A DNA stretch of 64,000 bases, taken from a virus. Lineage: Duplodnaviria > Heunggongvirae > Uroviricota > Caudoviricetes. How positions within the stretch are numbered: position 1 is the first letter of the stretch; each line of letters opens with the position of its first letter. Position numbers and translations under genes: made by a program. This document shows, piece by piece, positions 48,116 through 58,008 of the stretch. The notes beneath the pieces are model-generated. The model was not told the origin of the DNA, made no database searches, and saw nothing but the letters and a program-made list of their open reading frames with translations. The DNA lies in the IMG/VR virus record IMGVR_UViG_3300045988_024527, positions 29,796 through 93,795 of that record. The stretch is one strand, 5' to 3'.

Positions 48116-48796
48116 TTAAATCAGGTTTTCTAAAACTGTTTTCAGTGATGACTTAGTTGTCTGATAAAAATGAGTGAATCCATTGTTGTTATCGAATACT
48201 TGCATCATGATGTCATCCCCCTTGATTGGGTACACTCGGATATCATAGTGAAACCCATTAAAGACACAAGAACCACTACAGAATGCTCTAAAGTCATCCA
48301 CTGAGATATACTCTTCATGACCTGTGATTTTTATACAAACGCCTTTACTCGGTCTCTTAGGGTTGATATCTTCCATCACAGACATACTCTGTCCACCAAG
48401 AGATACCATAGTGACCACTTTACGGTTCTGCTGTTTAACATACATTTCAAGTTTCTGCAAAGTATCTTTATAGAACGGATAAGACTCCTTAACAAAGATA
48501 CCTTTTAGTGGCTCTTTACCATTCTTAACTTCTCTGATATGCCGTACTGATAAGATAAGCTGCTCTAGTCTGTTAAGGCTTTCTTTGGATAATGCTTCTT
48601 GAACATCATTCCAGTCAAGTACCAAGTACTTTCTCTCTAATTCAAACTGTTTTTCCATATCTATCAAATCCTGAAAATACTTCTTAGTGATTTTTGACCA
48701 CTCAACAAAATGAATCTTTTTCTTCTTCCGAAGGAGAACCATATCTTTCAAGTTCATCCAATTCATCCTGCGAAGGTGTCCCGTAAGATTCTTCAT
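48116..48796 (-). CDS. hypothetical protein
   Basis: 226 aa ORF. Confidence 0.5.
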   Translation of the reverse strand: MKNLTGHLRRMNWMNLKDMVLLRKKKKIHFVEWSKITKKYFQDLIDMEKQFELERKYLVLDWNDVQEALSKESLNRLEQLILSVRHIREVKNGKEPLKGIFVKESYPFYKDTLQKLEMYVKQQNRKVVTMVSLGGQSMSVMEDINPKRPSKGVCIKITGHEEYISVDDFRAFCSGSCVFNGFHYDIRVYPIKGDDIMMQVFDNNNGFTHFYQTTKSSLKTVLENLI

Positions 48797-48961
48797 CGTA
48801 CAATTTCATAGTGTGGTATAGAGTAAGTTTTATTTCCAGATGACATAGCTAAATCTTCTTTAGTAGAGTTATCCAGTATTGCTTTACGAACAATTTCTTT
48901 AAGTTTCATTTTCACTACCTTGTTTGGTTAAAAGGGGCTATCAAGTAACCCCTTCAAGATT

Positions 48962-49189
48962 TTACTCAGAATCCTCAGATTTCTTTTCAGTCTTCTTCGT
49001 TTTCTTTTCAGCTTTCTTCTCAACTTCTGGTTTTGATTCTACAGTAGCTTCAATAGCAATGTCCAGAAGTTTTGAAAGGTCAGCTTTAAGAACCGTTACA
49101 GGTTGTTCATTGTAGTAGTTCTTGTCAAGGTGCTCTTTCAGTTCGTTCAGAGAGCTAAAGCCGAATGGCTGGATAGGTGTCTTAATCAT
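48962..49189 (-). CDS. hypothetical protein with Lys/Glu-rich tail
   Basis: 75 aa. Confidence 0.4.
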   Translation of the reverse strand: MIKTPIQPFGFSSLNELKEHLDKNYYNEQPVTVLKADLSKLLDIAIEATVESKPEVEKKAEKKTKKTEKKSEDSE

Positions 49190-49265
49190 TACTTAGTTTC
49201 TCCATAGGCATCTTTTAAGATTGCCTTATTAATCATTTCAGCGATTGCAAAACGAACACATACAG

Positions 49266-49799
49266 CTATAATTGTAGGTTGCATTCTTTACTTACCTCTT
49301 CAAGTTTAACCTCAGAGTCCTTAAGTCGTTTCTTATGAACTCTGAACCTCATTAGTGAGATGATGATACCAGCTAAAGGAACAGCATACAAGTACCAAAC
49401 ATCATGTACCTTTGCAGTAATCTGTGTAATGGTCAAGTCTTGAGCTATACAACTAATTGCTGATACTGCCAGTAACATTGCTAAGAAGAACGCCAGTACC
49501 ATAACAATACTTAGGCAGCCTCTGGCATGGTGTTCATGCTTAATACACTTATTCTTTTCATCAACAACCCTGTTGTAGTCGTTTGCAAAGTCTCTGTAGA
49601 AGGCTTTCAAGTATTCTTGATTGTAGCCTTCAAAGCAACCTGTACCGTACCAATAATCACCACCAAAATGTGCTATGATACCAGTCTCTCCATTTGGTTT
49701 GGTTACTCTTAAAGAAGTATGATGGCAAGTATCCTGAAAATCTATCTTATATCTTTCTTCGTAAATCATTTTCCAATCCCTCTCAATCGTTTGTTCCAC
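49266..49799 (-). CDS. membrane protein
   Basis: two hydrophobic helices (LSIVMVLAFFLAMLLAVSAI, YLYAVPLAGIIISLM). Confidence 0.5.
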   Translation of the reverse strand: MEQTIERDWKMIYEERYKIDFQDTCHHTSLRVTKPNGETGIIAHFGGDYWYGTGCFEGYNQEYLKAFYRDFANDYNRVVDEKNKCIKHEHHARGCLSIVMVLAFFLAMLLAVSAISCIAQDLTITQITAKVHDVWYLYAVPLAGIIISLMRFRVHKKRLKDSEVKLEEVSKECNLQL

Positions 49800-49984
49800 T
49801 CAAGGTCAACAAGTCTTTGCAGGACTTTCCCTCTAGGTGTTACACCCTTTAAATCTGCATCATAGCAACGGTAAAAGTCACCTTCAGCGTGTTTACCATA
49901 GCATTTTCTGATATTCTGGCTTCTACGATACTGTTCTAACAGGGACAGCTTGTAGTAGTCTTCAACTGTAGTTAACTTTTTCAT
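49766..49984 (-). CDS. hypothetical protein
   Basis: 72 aa. Confidence 0.35.
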   Translation of the reverse strand: MKKLTTVEDYYKLSLLEQYRRSQNIRKCYGKHAEGDFYRCYDADLKGVTPRGKVLQRLVDLEWNKRLRGIGK

Positions 49985-50526
49985 CCTTTCACCATAGCGT
50001 TTCTGAACTGGCGTTGTGTTTCTCTTGTAATTTCGTTTGGAGTAAACCCTGCTTTTAGCATATCTCTGAAAAGAACTTCTAAATGGTTCCTCTCAATGAT
50101 GTAAATGGCATTCTGAATAGCTGTTTTACGCTCCTTCAGGTCGCTGCTAATCTCTTCGCACTTGCTTGTAAGTTCTGTGTCAACTTTGTTATAGACTGGC
50201 ATAACATGTGCGTAGCAACCTTTATTAGTCTCCATGAAAAATTTAAAAGATTCTTCAGAGTCCTTTAGAGCAATCCCTATAAAGTTTTTGTAAGCACCTG
50301 TGAAAGATAAGGACTCAATCTCAGCAGTTGAGTATACAGTCCCTGCGCACAGTCTTGCAGAGGTACTAAATGTGTAGCTTTGTGTTATGTCAAAGTCTAA
50401 GTTCTTCAGTGGTCGGAAATAAACAGTACCATTGTGTGAGATGTGTGTTACAACAGCCTCAACACTCTTTGAAGGATTCTGTTTAACATACAAAATAATT
50501 TTATCGTGCTCTTTCACTTTAGTCAT
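49981..50526 (-). CDS. hypothetical protein
   Basis: 181 aa. Confidence 0.5.
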   Translation of the reverse strand: MTKVKEHDKIILYVKQNPSKSVEAVVTHISHNGTVYFRPLKNLDFDITQSYTFSTSARLCAGTVYSTAEIESLSFTGAYKNFIGIALKDSEESFKFFMETNKGCYAHVMPVYNKVDTELTSKCEEISSDLKERKTAIQNAIYIIERNHLEVLFRDMLKAGFTPNEITRETQRQFRNAMVKG

Positions 50527-50598
50527 ATCTACTCTCCAGAAACTAAAAAGGGAACTACCTCTCGATAGCTCCCATCATAATCAGTTTTGTATACTCGG

Positions 50599-51180
50599 TC
50601 AAGAGTATTTTTTAGGCAGCAATGCACTGCGCTTGTTACTCTCTTCACTCAATAGTGCGATAAAATCATCGCTTTTACCTTTCCACGGGCTGAATGAAGG
50701 GATATGCTCGCGGATAGCCTCAATCACTGTCTTAAGTGCTGTGTTCTTCATCCACCAATCAGAGTCTGCTGATGCTACCACGTAGTATCCACCGTCATCA
50801 GTTAAAATTGGCTCTGAAATACATGGTGAAATCAAAGTGGTGATGATTGACCCATTGTTCATGTAGTATGTGCGCTTCATAACCTTTTCAAGAAGCTTGT
50901 GAAGGTCACCAAACAATGTTACAAGTTCTTTGTGGTCAATATCTTTTTCTAGGTTTGCTCGATACTTCAATAGTGCGGCATCAACCTCTCTGTCATTGAA
51001 CTTGAAATATTGAACTTCTTCAATAAGGCAAACACTGATATTGTTGACATTCATAGTCAACTTGCAAACTTTTGCAGGAGAGTTGATACTTGGTTGAAAA
51101 AGTGCAATACACCCTTCAATATTTCCAAAGTGTTGTACTAGTGTCACTTGTGGAGTAATATTCTGTTGCTCTTCGGACAT
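50599..51180 (-). CDS. hypothetical protein
   Basis: 193 aa. Confidence 0.5.
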   Translation of the reverse strand: MSEEQQNITPQVTLVQHFGNIEGCIALFQPSINSPAKVCKLTMNVNNISVCLIEEVQYFKFNDREVDAALLKYRANLEKDIDHKELVTLFGDLHKLLEKVMKRTYYMNNGSIITTLISPCISEPILTDDGGYYVVASADSDWWMKNTALKTVIEAIREHIPSFSPWKGKSDDFIALLSEESNKRSALLPKKYS

Positions 51181-51524
51181 TACAGTTTCCTCATTAAATA
51201 CTTTTTAAGTTGTGTGTTAGGTTTCTCAAAAACTTCTATAGAAGATATCTTGACAGATTCACCACGCATACCAGTATGTTTGAATATGTAGTACTCTAAC
51301 ATCCCTATATACTTTGCTGGTAAGTCATGCTTGACATATACCGTCACAGAATCTTCAAACTCAACAACCTTTGTACCATCTTTGTAGTTAAACTCTTTAG
51401 GATGGTCGTAGTTGTCTATGTCGTACATTAAAAAGAGTCTTTTACGTTGTAAGTCAAGCTTATTTGTTAAAGACTCTTTGATATCTGAGAAGTTTTTGTA
51501 CACTGTGACATGGAGCTTACTCAT
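51180..51524 (-). CDS. hypothetical protein
   Basis: 114 aa. Confidence 0.45.
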   Translation of the reverse strand: MSKLHVTVYKNFSDIKESLTNKLDLQRKRLFLMYDIDNYDHPKEFNYKDGTKVVEFEDSVTVYVKHDLPAKYIGMLEYYIFKHTGMRGESVKISSIEVFEKPNTQLKKYLMRKL

Positions 51525-51810
51525 CGTTAAACTCTCTGACGAAGAAATAGTTGACTTTATTATTACCTACCATAAGGTCAAAGCAGGTATTCTCAAAAGG
51601 TTTGTTGTAGGCATCATATGAAACGTATGGGTCAGATACTTGCTTAGTACTTAACTTTTTACTTGATGGGTTTAAGAGGCCACCATATAGCTTCTTGATA
51701 GCCTCTTCTACAACAGACCAGATAATTTCGTCAGTAATTTCTTCGTACAGGTCAAGTTCACGCTCTAGTGAGAAGTCACAAATAGGGAAAACAACCTGTA
51801 CTTTACTCAT
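51517..51810 (-). CDS. hypothetical protein
   Basis: 97 aa. Confidence 0.45.
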   Translation of the reverse strand: MSKVQVVFPICDFSLERELDLYEEITDEIIWSVVEEAIKKLYGGLLNPSSKKLSTKQVSDPYVSYDAYNKPFENTCFDLMVGNNKVNYFFVREFNDE

Positions 51811-52205
51811 TAATGAATCACCTGTGAGACTTGAATTGCTTCAGTTACTGACAAGTCACCTACTTTCTCTTCTTTGATAAAAGTGAAGGTAAGTTCAACA
51901 GGCTCTTGCTCTTCTTGCTCAACTGGAATGCCATTAAGCTCATCAAAGATTGATTGAGTTGTCCAGTCTTCTCCACCATCTGGATAGTGGATTGCATAAA
52001 GAGGAAACTCTAAATTATACCAAGCAAAAACAGGACAACCATCGGCATCATCTCGGCATCTGTGGAGATATGTGTTTGTACCTTCAAAATGCAAATGAAG
52101 ATTACCATTCTTCTCAAAGAGAAGAGCATCTTTCAGGTCTAGTTCCTCATTTTCGCTGTAACGACTGACATCAACTTTAACGTGGATATGACTATTATTA
52201 TTCAT
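51810..52205 (-). CDS. hypothetical protein
   Basis: 131 aa. Confidence 0.45.
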   Translation of the reverse strand: MNNNSHIHVKVDVSRYSENEELDLKDALLFEKNGNLHLHFEGTNTYLHRCRDDADGCPVFAWYNLEFPLYAIHYPDGGEDWTTQSIFDELNGIPVEQEEQEPVELTFTFIKEEKVGDLSVTEAIQVSQVIH

Positions 52206-52596
52206 AAAAACCTCTCTCTGCTTGTTCGATTTTTGCTCTTAAAACTTCACAACGTTCTATGTGATATCTGGCCTCATTCTCATGTATTGCCAAAGTTCTT
52301 TCAAGAACTGTTTTATAGTAACTCGCAAGCTGCTCTCTTGTCAATGGGTGTTCTGAAATAATATCAAGGCCACTTTCACCTAAAGTGTTAAACTGCCCGT
52401 GTTCATTTACATGGTAAGTCTCAAACTTGAACAGGCCGTTGTTAGCAGATTCAATAGGTGAGAGTTTAACAAGTTCTACAGTAAACCGTGTATACACCTT
52501 GTCACCTCTTGAAACTACATTGCTTCCAACAATGCGTACAAGAGAACCATTACGAGTGTACTTAAAAGTTCCAAAGTCACTAGCCCAAAGTTTCAT
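52198..52596 (-). CDS. hypothetical protein
   Basis: 132 aa. Confidence 0.45.
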   Translation of the reverse strand: MKLWASDFGTFKYTRNGSLVRIVGSNVVSRGDKVYTRFTVELVKLSPIESANNGLFKFETYHVNEHGQFNTLGESGLDIISEHPLTREQLASYYKTVLERTLAIHENEARYHIERCEVLRAKIEQAERGFYE

Positions 52597-52606
52597 AGTT
52601 TTCTCC

Positions 52607-52636
52607 TTAGAAAATAAAAAGGCTCCCGAAGGAGCC
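52607..52636 (-). terminator. intrinsic terminator (minus strand)
   Basis: GGCTCC-TTCG-GGAGCC + TTTTTATTTT on minus strand. Confidence 0.65.
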
Positions 52637-52646
52637 TATGAAGATA

Positions 52647-53111
52647 TTACTTTGGATATACACTGTCAAGATAAATGTCAGCTTCCATTCTACGTCTGTT
52701 TTTCAGTCCGTTTGAAGTGACCTTCTGACCTTTAACTGTAACCTTGTTCCACCACTGCATAGCTTCTGCACAACCGACCTTATTACCATCGTTGTGGCGC
52801 TTGATAAATGTGGAGTCCTGCATAGCCGTGATACCAATGTTGTATGTTTCACTTACAAGTGCATCAAACTCATTCTGAGAAGTTGGAACCTTGATGGCTT
52901 TGTTAACTGCTGCAACGAACTTTTCAACATCTGCAAGAAGATACTGTTCAGCTTGTTCAGCAGTAATTTTCATACCCATCTTAACAGGTTTACCAGCAAT
53001 ACGGATAGTCCCATACCCAATTGTGGGGATTCCAGCAGAATCTTCGTAAGCCTCCAGCTTAAGACCTTCAAAGAACTTAATAGCTTCTAAACCTTTTCTT
53101 GAGAGTTGCAT
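52647..53111 (-). CDS. endolysin, T4-lysozyme-like muramidase (GH24)
   Basis: FEGLKLEAYEDSAGIPTIGYGT catalytic motif (Glu/Asp/Thr triad pattern). Confidence 0.8.
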   Translation of the reverse strand: MQLSRKGLEAIKFFEGLKLEAYEDSAGIPTIGYGTIRIAGKPVKMGMKITAEQAEQYLLADVEKFVAAVNKAIKVPTSQNEFDALVSETYNIGITAMQDSTFIKRHNDGNKVGCAEAMQWWNKVTVKGQKVTSNGLKNRRRMEADIYLDSVYPK

Positions 53112-53743
53112 TATACCCCTCCTACTGGGTTAACTGTAACTGTTGCTGCATTAGATGTTACAGAGCCACCTGCACCTGTTACAACACAAGTGTATGAACC
53201 AGCGTCAGAAGGTGCTACTGACTGTTTTGTGTAAGTTGCAGAATTGGCACTAGGGATGTCCTCACCATCCTTTTTCCACTGATATCCAGTGGCGTTAGTT
53301 GCTAGAATGCTTAGAGTAAGTGTGCCACCCTCATTGACTGTTTGATTGGTTGGTTGCTGAGTGATTGATGGTGGCTTGATAGCATCCTTCAGCTTAGCAT
53401 TCAGCATTGAGAAGGGCTTAACTCTTGCCAACCATTCACAATAAACTGTATCAACATCTTTACCATTGATAATTGCATATTGTAAGTCCATGAAGAAGTC
53501 AGAAGTTCTCATTTGAGCACCGATGCTGTAAAGCAACTCATCACTAAATGGGACTTTATAGTCTGGTTTGTAGTCAAACTTCTCAACTTCTGCAATATCA
53601 GCTTCAGGCCAATATGAACTATAGGTAAGTGGTAAAATAGCTTCTTGATATGTTCTAAAATCATATCTCTTACCAGCCTTTACATTTGCAATGAAGCCCT
53701 TCACAAACTCTTTGAAGTCTGGGTAAGTCCTTGCTTTAATCAT
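53111..53743 (-). CDS. hypothetical protein with C-terminal Ig-like domain
   Basis: Ig-like GSYTCVVTGAGGSVTSNAATVTVN; N-terminal half paralogous to 53740-54111. Confidence 0.5.
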   Translation of the reverse strand: MIKARTYPDFKEFVKGFIANVKAGKRYDFRTYQEAILPLTYSSYWPEADIAEVEKFDYKPDYKVPFSDELLYSIGAQMRTSDFFMDLQYAIINGKDVDTVYCEWLARVKPFSMLNAKLKDAIKPPSITQQPTNQTVNEGGTLTLSILATNATGYQWKKDGEDIPSANSATYTKQSVAPSDAGSYTCVVTGAGGSVTSNAATVTVNPVGGV

Positions 53744-54111
53744 TTCTTTTTAGCCTCTAAATGTGCGTTTAGTCTAAAATAACCTTTGTGATGTGGAGAT
53801 ACATCACCAACAACAATACCTTTAACCTTATAACCTTTACCAATTACATACTGGATATCCATAAGGAATCTTCCAAGACCAACAATATGGAACATTGGAT
53901 ATAATAGATTCTCAGAGTCTGGAATATTGATTTCAGGTTTGTAGGTGCGTTGTTCGCTTGTTGGTGTAATATCTTCTTCAGGCCATTTACTGAGTCTCCA
54001 TGTCAAAGGTGTTGGGATAACATCATTAAGGTTGTACCTTTCACCATTTTGCACGGAATTGATATAGGATTGTAGGAAGCAATAAAAGTCTTTTGCACTC
54101 TTAGCCTTCAT
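53740..54111 (-). CDS. hypothetical protein, paralog of N-terminal domain of 53111-53743
   Basis: shared FLMDIQYVI / FMDLQYAI and flanking similarity. Confidence 0.5.
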   Translation of the reverse strand: MKAKSAKDFYCFLQSYINSVQNGERYNLNDVIPTPLTWRLSKWPEEDITPTSEQRTYKPEINIPDSENLLYPMFHIVGLGRFLMDIQYVIGKGYKVKGIVVGDVSPHHKGYFRLNAHLEAKKK

Positions 54112-54159
54112 TAAATATCCTTATAAATAGTTAAAGGGGCATCAGCCCCATATTCACAC

Positions 54160-54750
54160 TTAAGCTTTGGTCTTAAGTAGGTTCTTAAGTTTTTTAAGAT
54201 TCATACTCTCATCAAACTTAAAACCAAATCCATTGACATAATCAATGAACTCGGATTTCTTACTGAGTGACAATGCGTAACTCATATCAAAGTTCTTACT
54301 TGTTTCTGCGTCTGGACTAGAGTTCACATCAAATGAAATTTCTGTAGGTTCTTGCTTACTTTTTCTCATATTATCAACCAACAAACATGTATAGTTTGCT
54401 GGATAGAAGTTTACACTACCATCAACGTAGCTGTACTTATTATTATGGGTAAGGTTGGAAAATACCTTAAGAAATGTTTCTGGGTCGTGGCAAACAAGTT
54501 TGAATTGGCTGCTCTCTCCAAGCGCAGCTAATGAGTACGGACTTTCACTATCAAAGTCATAATTTGGATTCGATGCCGTCACTGTTACACGCATCAAGTT
54601 ATTAGCAATAGTCTTCTGTTTAAAAGAATTTGGGACATAGTGAAGACCTCTATCACACTGATTAACTAATTCTTTCAATAGGTCATTTGCATATGGTGAG
54701 TTAATTGATACAGAGCCATCACTATTGTAATTAAAACTTACTGTTAACAT
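54160..54750 (-). CDS. hypothetical protein
   Basis: 196 aa. Confidence 0.5.
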   Translation of the reverse strand: MLTVSFNYNSDGSVSINSPYANDLLKELVNQCDRGLHYVPNSFKQKTIANNLMRVTVTASNPNYDFDSESPYSLAALGESSQFKLVCHDPETFLKVFSNLTHNNKYSYVDGSVNFYPANYTCLLVDNMRKSKQEPTEISFDVNSSPDAETSKNFDMSYALSLSKKSEFIDYVNGFGFKFDESMNLKKLKNLLKTKA

Positions 54751-54977
54751 TTTTCAGTTCTCCTGCGGTTTATAATTTTGCTGCAATAGAGAAACGAAGT
54801 AAACTCACTGGAAGAAACCATTAAGTGTTGTTCACTAGATTGAGCCATTGCCCTGAAATACATTCCAGTCAAAGCATCATAGTGACTATTCTTTCCAATT
54901 GAGGTTATATAGCCATGACTCTTTGCAGTTTGATATAAATCTATAATATCTGCGATTTCTAATTGGGAACTACACAT
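54744..54977 (-). CDS. hypothetical protein
   Basis: 77 aa. Confidence 0.35.
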   Translation of the reverse strand: MCSSQLEIADIIDLYQTAKSHGYITSIGKNSHYDALTGMYFRAMAQSSEQHLMVSSSEFTSFLYCSKIINRRRTEKC

Positions 54978-55369
54978 AGATAATCCTCTTGTCTTCTGTA
55001 ATTTTGAAAGAACAGGTACAGACCAATTTCAGAGGATGAATAGTAGATTAACTCTACCCTTTTTGATTCCTTACAGTGATTGGTATTCTTACCTTTCTTC
55101 GGTTTATTTGATTTTCTCATTAAGTCTCCTTTGTAGAACAAGGCAGACCTACAGCTTTAAGTAAGATGGTACAGTAATCCATACAACAAGTCAAGAACTA
55201 TTGCAAGTTAAAAAAGTTGTTGACAAAGTACTTGACAAGGTGTAGGCTTATAAATACTTAGAAGATAACTTAAAAGGTTCCTCTAAAAAGGCTATTTAAA
55301 CAGATATCTTTCTGGATATCTATCTTTTATCTTAAAAGCCTTTTAAGAGGTCTTATAAGAGGCATACCA

Positions 55370-55741
55370 ATGAAAAACAGAACAAACAAAGGCCAGTTTA
55401 AAAAAGGCCAGTCTGGAAACCCATCTGGAAGACCGAAAGGCTCACGTAACAAAAGCTCTCTCGTAAAAGCTCAACTGACCATTGATAATTCTGCTGAGTT
55501 TGCTGCAAAGTTGTTTGAGGCAATTGTTACAAGGGACGCTGCTAAGCTTGCAGAGTTCGGTTTGACGACTGACGATGTAAACCTGAAGTCGATGATGGAA
55601 GCTGGTAAAACTATCATGACTCACTCAGCAGGTGAGATGAAAGCGATTGCAGCAGACACTAAGAAGACCCCTGATAACGGCGGTCAGTCTCAGACAGATA
55701 ACAAACCAACGTTCTCTGCTGTTGCAACGCTTAAAAAATAA
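55370..55741 (+). CDS. hypothetical protein
   Basis: 123 aa; N-terminal GNPSGRPKGSRNK motif. Confidence 0.45.
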   Translation: MKNRTNKGQFKKGQSGNPSGRPKGSRNKSSLVKAQLTIDNSAEFAAKLFEAIVTRDAAKLAEFGLTTDDVNLKSMMEAGKTIMTHSAGEMKAIAADTKKTPDNGGQSQTDNKPTFSAVATLKK

Positions 55742-55822
55742 TTTTAAAAGGTGTTGACAGGCTCTACAAAGTTGCTCTAAAGTCTGTCACATCAAACAAC
55801 AAATGAGAGAAGAGAGTAAAAT

Positions 55823-57238
55823 ATGAGCGAATTATTTAAACATGCGCACCTTCATGCAGGTCGAACTGAAAATGGTGCTGTAAACCATACTTCATCAATG
55901 TCTGCTCTTGTAGACTTTTACAAAGCTGCTGGTTCAAGCCGTAGCAACGTAGAAATCTTACCAGACCTGTTCTACAAAGCTTTGCGTGAGGATGTTGATG
56001 TTGCAGTTCGTATTTTACTGCATATGCGAGATGTACGAGAAGGTATGGGTGAGCGTAAAGCCTTCAGAACTGTTTTGCTTCAAGCGATTGAAGACAAAGT
56101 TTTAGAGCCTGTACAGGTTCTTCGCATTATGGATAAGAATGCAGAACTTGGTCGTTTTGATGACTTCAAAATCTTCGTAGGTACTCGTTTCGAGACAGAT
56201 GCCTTCAAACATTTAGAAGCAGCATTACTAGACCCTGCAACAGCAGGTTTGGCGGCTAAGTGGTTACCACGAGTCAAACCACGTCATAAGCAGTTTGTAA
56301 AACGTTTCTGCAAGTTTGCCAACTTGAGTGAGAAAGAGTACCGCACACTGTTGTCTGCACTATCTGATACAGTTGAGCAAAAAATCTCTGCTAATGAGTT
56401 TGGTAAGATTGACTACAGTAAGATTCCTTCTCTTGCTGCTGCACGTTACCAAAAGCTGTTTAACCGTAAAGATGGAGAACGTTACAAAGCTTACATCGAG
56501 TCCTTATCAAAAGGTGAGACTAAGATTAACGCTGGTGCTGTTTACCCATACGATGTGATTAAATCTGTCAAGCATGGTAATGCAGATGTTGCTAATGAGC
56601 AGTGGAAAGCACTACCAAACTGGATGGCAGAAGGTGAAAACATCTTGTGTATGTCTGATGTGTCAAGTTCAATGTCTTGGGTGAATTTTGGCTCCATTAC
56701 TGCTCTGGATATTGGTGTATCACTTGCCTTGTATGTAGCAGAACGCAATACAGGTTGCTTTAAGAATGAGTTGATGGTTTATTCAACAAACCCTCACTTC
56801 ATCGAACTGAGTGGTGATTTACGAAACCGTCATCGTCAGGTGATGCAACACGTTGAATATGGCTCAACTAACTTACAAGCAGCTTTTGACCGCATTCTTG
56901 AGACAGGCAAAAGAAACAACTTGACTCAGAAAGATATGCCAAGTAAGCTTATCATCTTCTCCGATATGGAGTTCAATCATGTTGATGGGGCTGATGGTCG
57001 TACAAACTTTGAAGCAATTCAGAGTAAGTACAAAAAAGCTGGATATGAGATGCCACAACTGGTATTCTGGTACTTAGCAAACCGTAATGGTACTTGCGAA
57101 GTGTCTGTTAAGGATAACGGTGTAGCAATGGTATCTGGTTTCTCTCCAGCCACTTTAAAAGCTTTGCTTGGTGGTGAGAAGTTTGACCCAATCAGCGTAA
57201 TGCTCAAAGCAGTAATGATTGACCGTTATATCTGGTAA
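55823..57238 (+). CDS. vWA-like domain protein
   Basis: MIDAS-like CMSDVSSSMS; 471 aa. Confidence 0.5.
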   Translation: MSELFKHAHLHAGRTENGAVNHTSSMSALVDFYKAAGSSRSNVEILPDLFYKALREDVDVAVRILLHMRDVREGMGERKAFRTVLLQAIEDKVLEPVQVLRIMDKNAELGRFDDFKIFVGTRFETDAFKHLEAALLDPATAGLAAKWLPRVKPRHKQFVKRFCKFANLSEKEYRTLLSALSDTVEQKISANEFGKIDYSKIPSLAAARYQKLFNRKDGERYKAYIESLSKGETKINAGAVYPYDVIKSVKHGNADVANEQWKALPNWMAEGENILCMSDVSSSMSWVNFGSITALDIGVSLALYVAERNTGCFKNELMVYSTNPHFIELSGDLRNRHRQVMQHVEYGSTNLQAAFDRILETGKRNNLTQKDMPSKLIIFSDMEFNHVDGADGRTNFEAIQSKYKKAGYEMPQLVFWYLANRNGTCEVSVKDNGVAMVSGFSPATLKALLGGEKFDPISVMLKAVMIDRYIW

Positions 57239-57256
57239 AAAGTTTTAAAAAGGGTA

Positions 57257-57285
57257 TTGACAATGTGTTTAATACCCTTTAATAT
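57257..57285 (+). promoter_or_regulatory. consensus sigma70 promoter upstream of tRNA cluster
   Basis: TTGACA-17 bp-TAATAT. Confidence 0.6.
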
Positions 57286-57403
57286 GTTCTACATAGAAAC
57301 GAAATGAGAGCTTTTCTAAGATACTGAAAAATATTTTAAAAAAGTTCTTGACAATCACTAAAAAATAATGTTAAAGTGGTTACATAGAGTTTGAAAAGTT
57401 TAT

Positions 57404-57480
57404 CTCTGTTTAGCTCAGATTGGTAGAGCGTTCCGTTTGGGGCGGTAAGGCCGGAGGTTCAAGTCCTCCAACAGAGACCA
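57404..57480 (+). tRNA. tRNA-Pro (anticodon UGG), hand-folded
   Basis: acceptor CTCTGTT/AACAGAG, T-arm GGAGG-TTCAAGT-CCTCC, loop TTTGGGG, CCA encoded. Confidence 0.55.
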
Positions 57481-57487
57481 AATTAAT

Positions 57488-57565
57488 GTTCCAGTAGACA
57501 AAATGGTATAGTCACCACTCTTTCAAAGTGGATATCTGAGGGTTCAAATCCCTTCTGGAACGCCA
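57488..57565 (+). tRNA. tRNA-Glu (anticodon UUC), hand-folded
   Basis: acceptor GTTCCAG/CTGGAAC, anticodon stem CCACT/AGTGG loop CTTTCAA, CCA encoded. Confidence 0.55.
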
Positions 57566-57650
57566 GTTTTGACAGAAGACCGATTACAGCAAACAACTTT
57601 TACTTTTCGCGCATAGAAAACATAAAAAGCTTGGTCTGGTCATTAAGAAT

Positions 57651-57727
57651 CGCGGGTATAGAGAAAGGGCGTCTCACATGTCTCATTAGCATGGTAACGG
57701 TTGGTTCGACTCCAACACCCGCCTCCA
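57651..57727 (+). tRNA. tRNA-Met/Ile2 (anticodon CAU) with unpaired 1:72
   Basis: anticodon stem CATGT/GCATG loop CTCATTA, T-arm GTTGG-TTCGACT-CCAAC, C1-C72 mismatch. Confidence 0.45.
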
Positions 57728-57812
57728 AATTTACAGAAGACCGTTTACAGCAAAATTTAATGAAATTTTTAGCGGAAAAAATTGAAAGATACGGTCTGGT
57801 AATACTAAACAT

Positions 57813-57889
57813 GGTTAGGAAGCACATAAGGTATGTGCGGTCGCCTGTTAAGCGAATGGCACAGGGTTCGAGTCCCTGACTAACCGCCA
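57813..57889 (+). tRNA. tRNA-Asn (anticodon GUU)
   Basis: D-arm GCAC-ATAAGGTAT-GTGC, loop CTGTTAA, T-arm CAGGG-TTCGAGT-CCCTG, CCA. Confidence 0.6.
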
Positions 57890-57898
57890 AATTTAAAT

Positions 57899-57986
57899 GT
57901 GTCGTTATCCCGTAGATGGTAGCGGTGGGGACTGTAAATCCCTTGTCATTGAGACTCGGTAGGTTCGACTCCTACACGGCACACCA
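57899..57986 (+). tRNA. tRNA-Tyr (anticodon GUA), class II with long variable arm
   Basis: 88 nt; anticodon loop CTGTAAA; T-arm GTAGG-TTCGACT-CCTAC; CCA. Confidence 0.55.
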
Positions 57987-58008
57987 ATACTTAGCGAGAT
58001 ACTTAGTT

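Noticed and set aside
57600-57890. ORFs 57600-57890 (-) and 57631-57879 (+) in the tRNA cluster
   Set aside because: They overlap three hand-folded tRNA genes and conserved spacers, with no RBS.
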